From contig CAJTZJ010000004.1 in assembly GCA_910583925.1 (NCBI GenBank), positions 12,844 through 76,843 on the forward strand: a stretch of DNA of 64,000 nucleotides, given 5' to 3'. Positions within the stretch are counted from its first letter, which is position 1; each line of letters opens with the position of its first letter. A model generated the notes under the pieces. That model did not search any database. It was given only the letters and a program-made list of their open reading frames with translations, and was not told the DNA's origin. Shown here one piece after another: positions 1-7,512 of this stretch. A program made the translations under genes and the position numbers. The stretch comes from an uncultured Eubacterium sp. (lineage in GTDB: Bacteria > Bacillota > Clostridia > Oscillospirales > Acutalibacteraceae).

Positions 1-232
1 CTGCGCTATATGGAAGAAGAGCAATCTGACGAGCACGCTTGATTGCTACAGTAAGCTCTCTCTGGTGCTTAGCACATGTGCCTGTTACACGGCGAGGAAG
101 AATTTTAGCTCTTTCAGATGTATATCTGTTAAGCTTAGAAACATCCTTGTAGTCAATGCCTTCGCTTTTTTCTACGCAAAACTGGCAAACCTTTTTGCGG
201 CCTTTTCTTGCACCGCCCTTAATATATGCCAT
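1..232 (-). CDS. rpsR: 30S ribosomal protein S18 (last few C-terminal residues lie beyond the left edge)
   Basis: Own translation of the minus strand from the ATG at 232-230 gives [77 protein letters not shown]. This is the canonical S18 core ([17 protein letters not shown]). It sits in the conserved rpsF-ssb-rpsR order. It is missing from the ORF track because the window edge truncates it. Confidence 0.9.
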   Translation of the reverse strand, partial: MAYIKGGARKGRKKVCQFCVEKSEGIDYKDVSKLNRYTSERAKILPRRVTGTCAKHQRELTVAIKRARQIALLPYSA

Positions 233-252
233 AATTAAGTTTCCTCCTTCAA

Positions 253-687
253 TTAGAATGGTAAGTCGTCATCATCATCGCTGATTTCTTCAAAATCACT
301 GTTGTCAGCGGAAGCATAGCTTGGAGCCGGCTGGCTGAATACAGGATTGGAAGTTGTTCCGCTTTCTGCTTTTGAGCCGCAGAAAGAAACATTATTTGCG
401 ACAACCTGAACTGATTTTCTCTTATTTCCGTCTTTATCGGTAAAATTGTCTGTCTGGATTGAACCCTCAACAGCAATCATTGATCCTTTGCGGAAATAGC
501 GAGAAACGAACTCTGCAGTCTGACGCCAAGCGGTTACATCAATAAAATCAGTTTTCTTATCTTCACCTGATCTTGAAAAGTTTCTATCGCACGCTACCTG
601 AAAACGAACAACAGAAATACCGTTTGGAGTTGTTCTGAGCTCCGGATCATAGGTTAATCTGCCCATGATTATAACCGAATTAATCAT
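253..687 (-). CDS. ssb: single-stranded DNA-binding protein
   Basis: 144-aa ORF with an OB-fold N-terminus ([24 protein letters not shown]), a low-complexity linker and the acidic SSB tail DDDDDLPF. It lies between rpsF and rpsR. Confidence 0.95.
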   Translation of the reverse strand: MINSVIIMGRLTYDPELRTTPNGISVVRFQVACDRNFSRSGEDKKTDFIDVTAWRQTAEFVSRYFRKGSMIAVEGSIQTDNFTDKDGNKRKSVQVVANNVSFCGSKAESGTTSNPVFSQPAPSYASADNSDFEEISDDDDDLPF

Positions 688-699
688 TTTGTGCCCTCC

Positions 700-990
700 T
701 TATTCGCCTTTAGCAACGATTAAAGAACGAAGCACGCCGTCTGTAATGTTGATAACACGGTCAATCTCTGACGGGAAGTTTTCATCAGATTCAAACTGAG
801 CAACAATGTAATAACCCTCTGTTTCGTAGTTGATCGGATATGCGAGCTTGCGCTTGCCCCATTCTTCAACTTCGCCAAGAGTGCCATTTGCTTTGATTAA
901 ATCTGTGAATTTAACCTTGAGAGCTTCAACTGCTTCCTCACCTTTTGAGAGAGAGAAAACGAATACGATTTCGTATTTCTTTGATGCCAT
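700..990 (-). CDS. rpsF: 30S ribosomal protein S6
   Basis: 96-aa ORF MASKKYEIVFVF...GEVEEWGKRKLAYPI..EGYY is typical S6. A GGAGG SD lies upstream. Confidence 0.95.
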   Translation of the reverse strand: MASKKYEIVFVFSLSKGEEAVEALKVKFTDLIKANGTLGEVEEWGKRKLAYPINYETEGYYIVAQFESDENFPSEIDRVINITDGVLRSLIVAKGE

Positions 991-1070
991 TCTTGTGCAC
1001 CTCCTTCTGGTCTTTTGGCCCGAAACCCCGTTCCGAGCAAGGATTGCTACTATTTCACAGTAGCCTATAT

Positions 1071-1099
1071 ATTATAACAGAGGAAATAAAGTGTGTCAA
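1071..1099 (-). promoter_or_regulatory. sigma-A promoter of the rpsF-ssb-rpsR operon
   Basis: The minus strand reads TTGACA (1099-1094), a 17-nt spacer, then TATAAT (1076-1071). Both hexamers are perfect consensus. The promoter sits about 80 nt upstream of the rpsF ATG. Confidence 0.7.
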
Positions 1100-1161
1100 G
1101 AAAATATTTTAACATTATATATTCGGTACGATGTGGTAATCGTGCCTTACAGAATTCAATT

Positions 1162-1332
1162 TCAATCCGTTTTATAGAGAATTTTTCCGTGTTCTTGTTC
1201 GTGCTGTTCAATAGTATCTTTAATTAGCATAAGAATTTCGCTGTTTGCACTTCTGCCCTTATGATTCGCAATATAATGAAGCTTATCAAGCGATTCTTTA
1301 TCAATACGAATAGATAAATTTTCAGCAGCCAT
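1162..1332 (-). CDS. Arc/CopG-type ribbon-helix-helix DNA-binding protein (56 aa)
   Basis: Below the ORF-track size cutoff. Own translation: MAAENLSIRIDKESLDKLHYIANHKGRSANSEILMLIKDTIEQHEQEHGKILYKTD. The pattern is a beta strand (LSIRI) followed by two helices, typical of Arc-family proteins. A GGAGG SD lies 6 nt upstream (complement of 1339-1343). Confidence 0.7.
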   Translation of the reverse strand: MAAENLSIRIDKESLDKLHYIANHKGRSANSEILMLIKDTIEQHEQEHGKILYKTD

Positions 1333-1399
1333 AGTTTACCTCCAAATATAGATGACAAATTCTCTGTCCTTTAATTATTAACTATAAACACATTATAGA

Positions 1400-1438
1400 T
1401 AATTTTTAACTATTTGTCAATAGTTAATTTTTAACTAT
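1400..1438. promoter_or_regulatory. operator-like repeats in the RHH/XRE divergent intergenic region
   Basis: A perfect inverted repeat AACTATT-TGTC-AATAGTT lies at 1408-1425. It is flanked by the direct repeat TAATTTTTAACTAT at 1400-1413 and 1425-1438. The repeats overlap a possible TTGTCA-16-TATGAT promoter for the XRE gene. Confidence 0.5.
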
Positions 1439-1467
1439 GATAAAATGTTTTTATAGGAGTTGATTAA

Positions 1468-1692
1468 ATGGATACAGCACAAATCAGAATAAAAGAATTA
1501 CGACAAGATAATGATTTAAGACAACAGGATGTTGCAGAAAAATGTAACATCACTCAACGAAAAGTATCTTTTATTGAAAAAGGAGTAACAGAACCCAATT
1601 TAGAAGATTTAAGGCAGATTTGCTTACTATTTAATGTATCAGCAGATTATATCTTAGGTTTACCCGATAATTTAAGCTATCCTAAACGCTGA
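1468..1692 (+). CDS. XRE-family helix-turn-helix transcriptional regulator (74 aa)
   Basis: HTH_3-like core LRQQDVAEKCNITQRKVSFIEKG. An AGGAG SD lies upstream. It is a paralogue of the 24628-24852 gene, and both share the C-terminal tail SADYILGLP-NL--PKR. Confidence 0.85.
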   Translation: MDTAQIRIKELRQDNDLRQQDVAEKCNITQRKVSFIEKGVTEPNLEDLRQICLLFNVSADYILGLPDNLSYPKR

Positions 1693-1711
1693 TTCAACGA
1701 TTGTTAAAATA

Positions 1712-1736
1712 CAAAACGGGCGGGTAATACCCGCCC
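1712..1736 (-). terminator. intrinsic terminator (minus-strand orientation, serves the methyltransferase gene)
   Basis: GGGCGGGT-AAT-ACCCGCCC stem at 1718-1736. On the minus strand it is followed by a U-run (complement of AAAA at 1713-1716). Confidence 0.6.
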
Positions 1737-1770
1737 CTACAATAGATATTGCGTTTTAAAATATTTGCAG

Positions 1771-1798
1771 GGAGCGATGTGGGCATCGCTCCGTTTTT
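1771..1798 (+). terminator. intrinsic terminator of the XRE gene
   Basis: GGAGCGATG-TGGG-CATCGCTCC stem followed by GTTTTTAT. Confidence 0.7.
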
Positions 1799-1799
1799 A

Positions 1800-2570
1800 T
1801 TATTTTACCGCAGTAAAGAATAATCTTGGAAAGCGGAAAATGATTTCGCCGTTTTTCTGAACAGGAAACTGCTTTTCAATTTCATCAAGAATATCTTTTT
1901 CAAATAACACACTTTCATCATCGTTTAACTTATCAAAATATGGTTTCAATCCCGTTGAAGAATACCATTCCAAAATGCTTCTGTGTGTTGGCATACGATG
2001 ACAATATATCGTTTTCCATATCTTAAAATCATTTGAAAGATCAGACAGAATATCAAAATACTCATAATCAGACAATGTGTAAAACACTCTTGAACCATAC
2101 AATTTTTCTTTCCACTTTGATGCACCCGTTACATTCTTTATAACCCTATGCATATCCTGCTCGACAGTTATCGGCACCTGAACTGCAAGAACACCATTCG
2201 GATTAAGAGCATTCATCATATCAGCCAAAAGCTTTTTATGATTCGGCACCCACTGAATACAAGCATTTGAAAAAACAATATCAAATTTATCTTCAAGCTT
2301 TTCAAAATCTTTTGAGGCATCAAAGGAAATAAATTCCATATCCGGGTTTTCTTTTCTTGCTTTTTCAATCATATTCGGTGAAAAATCCGCACCGATAATT
2401 TCTGCCTCAGGATATTTATTTTTTAAAGCCCGTGTGCTGTTTCCCGGACCGCAGCCGATATCAATAATGCGCTTGGGAGTTTCAAGCTTAATCGTATTAA
2501 CCAAATCTGTTGACGGCTGCGTTCGTTCCTTTTTGAATTTTAAATATTGTTCTGAATTCCAATCACTCAT
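1800..2570 (-). CDS. tam: trans-aconitate 2-methyltransferase-like SAM-dependent methyltransferase
   Basis: Collinear with E. coli Tam from MSDWNSEQYLKF through DIGCGPGNST to the C-terminal FPRLFFTA. I place the start at the second ATG (2570) because GGAGG lies 5 nt upstream. The ORF-track start at 2582 lies inside that SD. Confidence 0.85.
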   Translation of the reverse strand: MSDWNSEQYLKFKKERTQPSTDLVNTIKLETPKRIIDIGCGPGNSTRALKNKYPEAEIIGADFSPNMIEKARKENPDMEFISFDASKDFEKLEDKFDIVFSNACIQWVPNHKKLLADMMNALNPNGVLAVQVPITVEQDMHRVIKNVTGASKWKEKLYGSRVFYTLSDYEYFDILSDLSNDFKIWKTIYCHRMPTHRSILEWYSSTGLKPYFDKLNDDESVLFEKDILDEIEKQFPVQKNGEIIFRFPRLFFTAVK

Positions 2571-2590
2571 AGTTACCTCCATTTATTTAT

Positions 2591-2617
2591 AAAAAAGCCG
2601 TGCAGAAACAGCACGGC
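2591..2617 (-). terminator. intrinsic terminator after the zinc-ribbon gene
   Basis: GCCGTGC-N7-GCACGGC stem at 2597-2617. On the minus strand it is followed by TTTTTT (complement of 2591-2596). Confidence 0.7.
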
Positions 2618-2636
2618 AAAAGCTTTTTTAACTTAA

Positions 2637-3257
2637 TCAGAAGCTCTGAATGTTTGTTGTATCAACAGGCTCTTCAAGCAGGAATTTATTATATTCCTTG
2701 CCTAATTTATTAAAGGTTGATACTGCCGAAACTCCGGCAATAATCAGCCACCAGCCTGACGGAGCGCCAAACTCAATAACAGAGAAAACACATTCAATGA
2801 TACTGAAAATAAGCAAAAGAATTGCACATACTTTGCTGTTTCCGAGATGCATTCCAAGAGTTAATCCAAGATAAATCGCTACATCTATAAGCATAAGAGG
2901 ATTTTTAAGAATAGCAAAGGAAGCAATAGCTGAAATACCAACACAAACATAACACACGATAGCGGCAGATTTGATATTCTTTTTCAGATTTGCAGGCGCA
3001 TACTTTGCTATGTATTCCTTTTTCGTTACAGACTTTCTGTCAACTACCGTATTCGCAGTAACATTCGCAGGATTTCCCCAACCGGCTGACGACGGCTGTT
3101 GCGGCATTGCTTCATAGTTGTTTCCGACCTGAGCTGCTGCAGTTGCATCGGGAGCAGCCGTTTCTGCAACTGTTTCCTGAACAGCTATTGATTCTCCGCA
3201 AAACGGACAATTTACACTTTCATTAACAATTTCTTTTTCACATTTCGGACAAAACAT
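2637..3257 (-). CDS. zinc-ribbon domain membrane protein (function unknown)
   Basis: N-terminal CPKC...CPFCG zinc ribbon, a low-complexity linker and a hydrophobic C-terminal half with about 4 predicted TM segments. Confidence 0.75.
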   Translation of the reverse strand: MFCPKCEKEIVNESVNCPFCGESIAVQETVAETAAPDATAAAQVGNNYEAMPQQPSSAGWGNPANVTANTVVDRKSVTKKEYIAKYAPANLKKNIKSAAIVCYVCVGISAIASFAILKNPLMLIDVAIYLGLTLGMHLGNSKVCAILLLIFSIIECVFSVIEFGAPSGWWLIIAGVSAVSTFNKLGKEYNKFLLEEPVDTTNIQSF

Positions 3258-3355
3258 TATTCATTCTCCTTTAAATAATTTAATATATGAATCCCTCCGA
3301 GTGCAGCAAGCTGTACCCACCTCCTTTTAATAAGGGAGGTATACAGGATTACGGA

Positions 3356-4426
3356 TTATAATAATGACACGACAAGATTTCCCATTTCAGCAGTTGTTGC
3401 TTTCTCAAAGCCTTCTTCATAAATATCCGGAGTTCTTGCCTTTGTAAGTGCTTCATCAACCGCCCTTTCAATTGCATCTGCCGCCTCAGCTTCGCCGAAG
3501 CTGTAACGGAGCATCATTGCACCCGAGAGGATTGTTGCAAGCGGATTTGCCTTCTGCTGGCCTGCAATATCAGGGGCAGAGCCGTGAATCGGCTCATACA
3601 GACCGAAAGTACCCTCCGCAAGAGAAGCAGAAGCAAGCATTCCGATTGAACCGCTTATCATTGAAGCTTCATCAGATAAAATATCGCCGAAGATATTAGA
3701 GGTTACAATTGTATCAAACTGACCGGGATTGCGAACAAGCTGCATTGCGCAGTTATCTACATACATGTAGGAAACCTCAACCTCTGGATAATCAGCCTTT
3801 GTTTCCTCCATAACCTTTCTCCATAATCTTGAAGAATCAAGAACATTCGCCTTATCAACACAGGTTAATCTTTTTGAGCGCTTCATAGCATATTCAAAGC
3901 CTGCTTTAACGATTCTTTTAATTTCCGGAACCGTGTAACGCTCTGTATCATACGCACCTACAATTCCGTTTTCTTCATAAGTTCCTCTATCGCCGAAATA
4001 GATTCCGCCCGTAAGCTCACGGACAATCAGAATATCAAGCCCGTTTCCGATAATCTCTTCCTTAATAGGAGAAGCACTTTTAAGCGGAGCAAAAATTTTA
4101 GCAGGGCGGAGATTTGCAAAAAGACCAAGTGCTTCACGGATTGCAAGAAGCCCTTTTTCAGGGCGGTTATTACCCGGCTGATTATCCCACTTAGGACCGC
4201 CTACCGCTCCAAGAAGAACGGCATCCGACGCCTTGCAGGCAATTTCGGTTTCCTTCGGAAAGGGAACACCTGCCGCATCAATCGCACAGCCGCCGAGAAG
4301 CTGATAATCATAATCTATTTTAAAATTAAATTTTTTGCCTGCCGCATCAAGCACTTTAATACATTCATCAACGATTTCAGGACCGATTCCATCGCCCTTT
4401 AACACGGTTACTTTATAATTATTCAT
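3356..4426 (-). CDS. leuB: 3-isopropylmalate dehydrogenase
   Basis: 356 aa. It starts [12 protein letters not shown] and carries the isocitrate/isopropylmalate dehydrogenase signature [26 protein letters not shown]. Confidence 0.95.
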   Translation of the reverse strand: MNNYKVTVLKGDGIGPEIVDECIKVLDAAGKKFNFKIDYDYQLLGGCAIDAAGVPFPKETEIACKASDAVLLGAVGGPKWDNQPGNNRPEKGLLAIREALGLFANLRPAKIFAPLKSASPIKEEIIGNGLDILIVRELTGGIYFGDRGTYEENGIVGAYDTERYTVPEIKRIVKAGFEYAMKRSKRLTCVDKANVLDSSRLWRKVMEETKADYPEVEVSYMYVDNCAMQLVRNPGQFDTIVTSNIFGDILSDEASMISGSIGMLASASLAEGTFGLYEPIHGSAPDIAGQQKANPLATILSGAMMLRYSFGEAEAADAIERAVDEALTKARTPDIYEEGFEKATTAEMGNLVVSLL

Positions 4427-4500
4427 AATGTTCCTCCATTATTATTGATTATCATGGTTCAGACCAATAAGGCACCGACTTACAATGAGCAAATCAGTTC

Positions 4501-6234
4501 TTACTTTTCAAAAATACCGGGCATTGTATCATCACGAACGCAATCTTCCTGATCTCTGTTTACAGCACAGATAATACCCTTTAATGAAGCATAGCCGATA
4601 TTATGGCTTACACCGATTCCGAATATATCCTTACTTTCAGGATTTTTAAGATGAATATAGGATATCGCCTTTGAATCAGAGCCGACTGCGATAGCATGCT
4701 CGCTGTAATCAACAAACTGATAGCCCTTGATTCCCACCTCGCCGATTGCATTAAAGAACGCTTCAATAGGACCGCTGCCTGTGCCCTCAATTTTTACAAG
4801 GCTTCCGTCTTTAACTTTGATTGTGCCTTCAAAATGAACACGGGTCAGATATTCGTTTTCTTCTTTTTCCTCATAGGTTTTATGATTTACAATTCTGTAA
4901 GGACCAACAACATTTCTGTATTCCTTCTGAAACAAATCGAATACCTCGGAACTTAAAAGCTCTTTGCCCTTTTCATCACAGGCATGCTTAACAATTGCTC
5001 CAAACTCCGTGTGCATAGCCTTCGGCATATTAATACCGTAATCCGTTGCAAGAATAAAGGCTGCTCCGCCCTTACCGCTCTGAGAATTTATACGGATAAT
5101 CGGCTCATATTCTCTTCCGACATCGGCAGGATCAATCGGAAGATAAGGAACCTCCCAATAGCCGGTATCATAATCACGCATATACTGTTTTCCCTTATTA
5201 ATAGCATCCTGGTGCGAGCCTGAAAACGCAGTAAACACAAGCTCGCCTGCATAAGGATGGCGGGGATCCACTTTCATCTTTGTTGTGCGTTCATAAACCT
5301 CTTTGATTTTATTTATATCGTGGAAATCAAGCTCGGGATCCACGCCCTGTGTCCACATATTAAGTGCAACCGTAATAATATCAACATTACCTGTACGCTC
5401 TCCGTTTCCGAAAAGTGTACCCTCAACTCGGTCTGCACCTGCTAAAAGAGCAAGATCTGTTGCGGCAACACCCTCGCCTCTGTCATTATGAGGATGAAGA
5501 GAAATAATAGCACTTTCCCTGTTTTTAAGATGGCGGCAGAAATATTCAATCTGATCCGCATATCCGTTCGGAGAGGAACCCTCAACCGTTGACGGAAGAT
5601 TAAGGATAATCGGATTTTCAGGTGTTGGCTGCATAACTGCCATAACCTCTTCACAGATTTTAACTGCATTATCAATCTCTGTTCCCGTAAAGGATTCAGG
5701 GGAATATTCATATCTGATATTCATATCCGGGTTTTCCGCAAGCTCCTTATCAGTAAGCTCCTTAATAAGCTTAGCCCCATTCACTGCAATATCAATAACA
5801 CCCTGCATATCCGTTTTAAAAACAACCTTACGCTGAAGGGTTGAGGTTGAATTATAGAAATGGACAATAACATTTTTCGCACCCTTGATTGCCTCAAAGG
5901 TTTTCTTGATAAGATGCTCACGAGCCTGAACAAGTACCTGAATTGTTACATCATCAGGAATATAGCCGCCATCTATAAGCGTTCTTAAAATCTCATATTC
6001 CGTTTCGGAGGCAGACGGAAAGCCAACCTCTATTTCCTTGACACCGATTTCAACAAGGGTATTGAAAAGCTCAAGCTTTTCCTGCAGATTCATTGGATCT
6101 ACAAGAGCCTGATTACCATCTCTCATATCAACCGAGCACCATATCGGCGCCTTTGTAATTACCTTATCCGGCCATGTCCTGTCCGGAATGCTGATTGGTT
6201 TAAACGGAATGTATTTTTTGTAGCCGTCTAACAT
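4501..6234 (-). CDS. leuA: 2-isopropylmalate synthase (long form)
   Basis: Motifs IPDRTWPDK..APIWCSVDMRDGNQAL, HPHNDRG, and a C-terminal LeuA dimerisation/regulatory domain. I place the start at the ATG at 6234 (MLDGYKKY) with an AAAGGAG SD. The ORF-track extension to 6321 would run through the T-box terminator. Confidence 0.93.
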   Translation of the reverse strand: MLDGYKKYIPFKPISIPDRTWPDKVITKAPIWCSVDMRDGNQALVDPMNLQEKLELFNTLVEIGVKEIEVGFPSASETEYEILRTLIDGGYIPDDVTIQVLVQAREHLIKKTFEAIKGAKNVIVHFYNSTSTLQRKVVFKTDMQGVIDIAVNGAKLIKELTDKELAENPDMNIRYEYSPESFTGTEIDNAVKICEEVMAVMQPTPENPIILNLPSTVEGSSPNGYADQIEYFCRHLKNRESAIISLHPHNDRGEGVAATDLALLAGADRVEGTLFGNGERTGNVDIITVALNMWTQGVDPELDFHDINKIKEVYERTTKMKVDPRHPYAGELVFTAFSGSHQDAINKGKQYMRDYDTGYWEVPYLPIDPADVGREYEPIIRINSQSGKGGAAFILATDYGINMPKAMHTEFGAIVKHACDEKGKELLSSEVFDLFQKEYRNVVGPYRIVNHKTYEEKEENEYLTRVHFEGTIKVKDGSLVKIEGTGSGPIEAFFNAIGEVGIKGYQFVDYSEHAIAVGSDSKAISYIHLKNPESKDIFGIGVSHNIGYASLKGIICAVNRDQEDCVRDDTMPGIFEK

Positions 6235-6545
6235 AATAAAATCTCCTTTCAATTGGGGGGAGTATACAAAAAATACGCCCCTATGCAGTATAGGGGCGTA
6301 GAAAATTCTACACGGTACCACCCTATTTCAGCAGGAACACCTGCCCTTTAGCATCATACAATGCCTTAACCTTTAACGCAGTTATGCGTCTGTTCCTATT
6401 GCGAAAGCTTTTCAGAACAGCAACTCCACAGAGAGCTATACATTATAAATTCCGTATCGGCTTACACCAAACGCCGACTCTCTGAAACTGAAAGTTATAA
6501 TCTTTTTCTGCTTCTTTGTCTTTTATGGGTACTATTTAATTAGCA
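6235..6545 (-). promoter_or_regulatory. T-box leader (tRNA-sensing riboswitch) controlling leuA-leuB
   Basis: The minus-strand RNA carries three T-box hallmarks. There is an AG-bulge-like CAGAGAG followed by UCGGC-GUUUGGUGUAA-GCCGA (complement of about 6445-6478). The T-box core AAUAGGGUGGUACCGUG is the complement of 6311-6327. AUAGGG of that core can pair with CCCUAU of the terminator 5' arm, which is classic antiterminator/terminator competition. The specifier codon is not resolved by eye. Confidence 0.85.
6267..6300 (-). terminator. T-box expression-platform terminator
   Basis: The minus strand reads UACGCCCCUAU-ACUGC-AUAGGGGCGUA followed by UUUUUU. It ends about 30 nt before the leuA SD. 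Confidence 0.85.
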
Positions 6546-6550
6546 AATTC

Positions 6551-6579
6551 ATTATATTCCATTAAGCTCAAATTGTCAA
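6551..6579 (-). promoter_or_regulatory. sigma-A promoter of the leu T-box leader
   Basis: The minus strand reads TTGACA (6579-6574), a 17-nt spacer, then TATAAT (6556-6551). Both hexamers are perfect consensus. Confidence 0.75.
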
Positions 6580-6595
6580 GCATTAAAATCAGCAA

Positions 6596-6634
6596 CAAAA
6601 AACCTGCCTGATATCAAAAACGATCAGACAGGTT
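6596..6634 (-). terminator. intrinsic terminator after the PRTase-like gene
   Basis: The minus strand reads AACCUGUCUGAU-N10-AUCAGGCAGGUU (one G-U pair) followed by UUUUUUG. Confidence 0.8.
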
Positions 6635-6666
6635 TTAACCCCTTCAAATTTAAATCAAGCAATCTA

Positions 6667-7308
6667 TTACAGCTTTGAATAGCCATATCCGTTTGCGATT
6701 GCATCAACAGGCTTTCCCTGCTGGCAAAGCGGACAGCTATGTGCATCATAAATTTCATAGCCCGGCAGATCATCAGCAGTAAAGATAGAATTTACCTCAA
6801 TTCCATCAATACTTTTTACAGCACTGAAAGCAGATGTAATACCAACAACATTTCCACCGTAATAGCCGATGCTTTCAATTGCCCGGTCTACGGTTTTACC
6901 GCTTGTAATACAGGAAATAAGGATAACAACCTTTTTATCTCTTACCATTCTCTGAAGATTATCACGGAAAATCATATTTCCCTGCGCATCATATTCAGGA
7001 CCGATAACATATATATTTGAATTCGGATTAGGCGACATCATATTCGGCCTTGCAAGCTCATGAGCAAGATAAGCGCCAAGCGCCTGCGTTTCATAAAGGC
7101 AAAGAACCGTATCAACCTCTATGCCCCTTGTATTATAATATTCAGCCATAAGCATAGCTGCATCTGTTGAAACAGTATGATTATGCTTTATATCGGAAGT
7201 ACCGACATAATAATTGATATGCGTATTCGCCGTTACATAATGGCCATGGGTAACTCTGATAAAAACTCTTTCATCCCTTGGAGATGTAATTCTGATAACA
7301 TTGTCCAT
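6667..7308 (-). CDS. phosphoribosyltransferase-fold protein, specific function unknown
   Basis: PRPP-binding-loop-like motif KKVVILISCITSGKT, plus a C-terminal CPLC. The likely start is the ATG at 7308 (MDNVIRI), preceded by AAGGG. The ORF track uses the GTG at 7317. Confidence 0.7.
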   Translation of the reverse strand: MDNVIRITSPRDERVFIRVTHGHYVTANTHINYYVGTSDIKHNHTVSTDAAMLMAEYYNTRGIEVDTVLCLYETQALGAYLAHELARPNMMSPNPNSNIYVIGPEYDAQGNMIFRDNLQRMVRDKKVVILISCITSGKTVDRAIESIGYYGGNVVGITSAFSAVKSIDGIEVNSIFTADDLPGYEIYDAHSCPLCQQGKPVDAIANGYGYSKL

Positions 7309-7463
7309 TTCTATCACCCTTTTCTTTTTGTTACTACATTTTACATCAATCGAACGCGTATTTCAATCATCCGCCGTGTAGAAAAGTTGGCGTTTATTTT
7401 GGTTATAATACACAAAAAGAAGAATTATAACATTGAAATATTCACCAATATGTTCATTGAATA

Positions 7464-7495
7464 CAAAAAGGAGCAGTTTTCACACCGCTCCCTTT
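7464..7495 (-). terminator. intrinsic terminator after the repeat-protein gene
   Basis: The minus strand reads AAAGGGAGC-N12-GCUCCUUU followed by a U-run. Confidence 0.7.
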
Positions 7496-7512
7496 AACAG
7501 CCATACGCTTAT

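Noticed and set aside
1162-1692. The RHH plus XRE pair as a toxin-antitoxin system.
   Set aside because: Both products are DNA-binding folds. The genes are divergent rather than co-transcribed, and there is no additional toxin-sized ORF between 1064 and 1800.
4501-6321. The ORF-track N-terminal extension of leuA (MVPCRIFYAPILHRGVFF...).
   Set aside because: The extension is translated through the T-box terminator and U-run. A proper SD plus ATG at 6234 gives the conserved LeuA N-terminus.
7370-7385. ACACGGCGG in the PRTase leader, reminiscent of the ykkC / PRPP-ppGpp riboswitch core.
   Set aside because: The other conserved ykkC blocks (GGGUUCCG, GGUCCGAGAG, GCCCGGGAGA) are absent from the leader.
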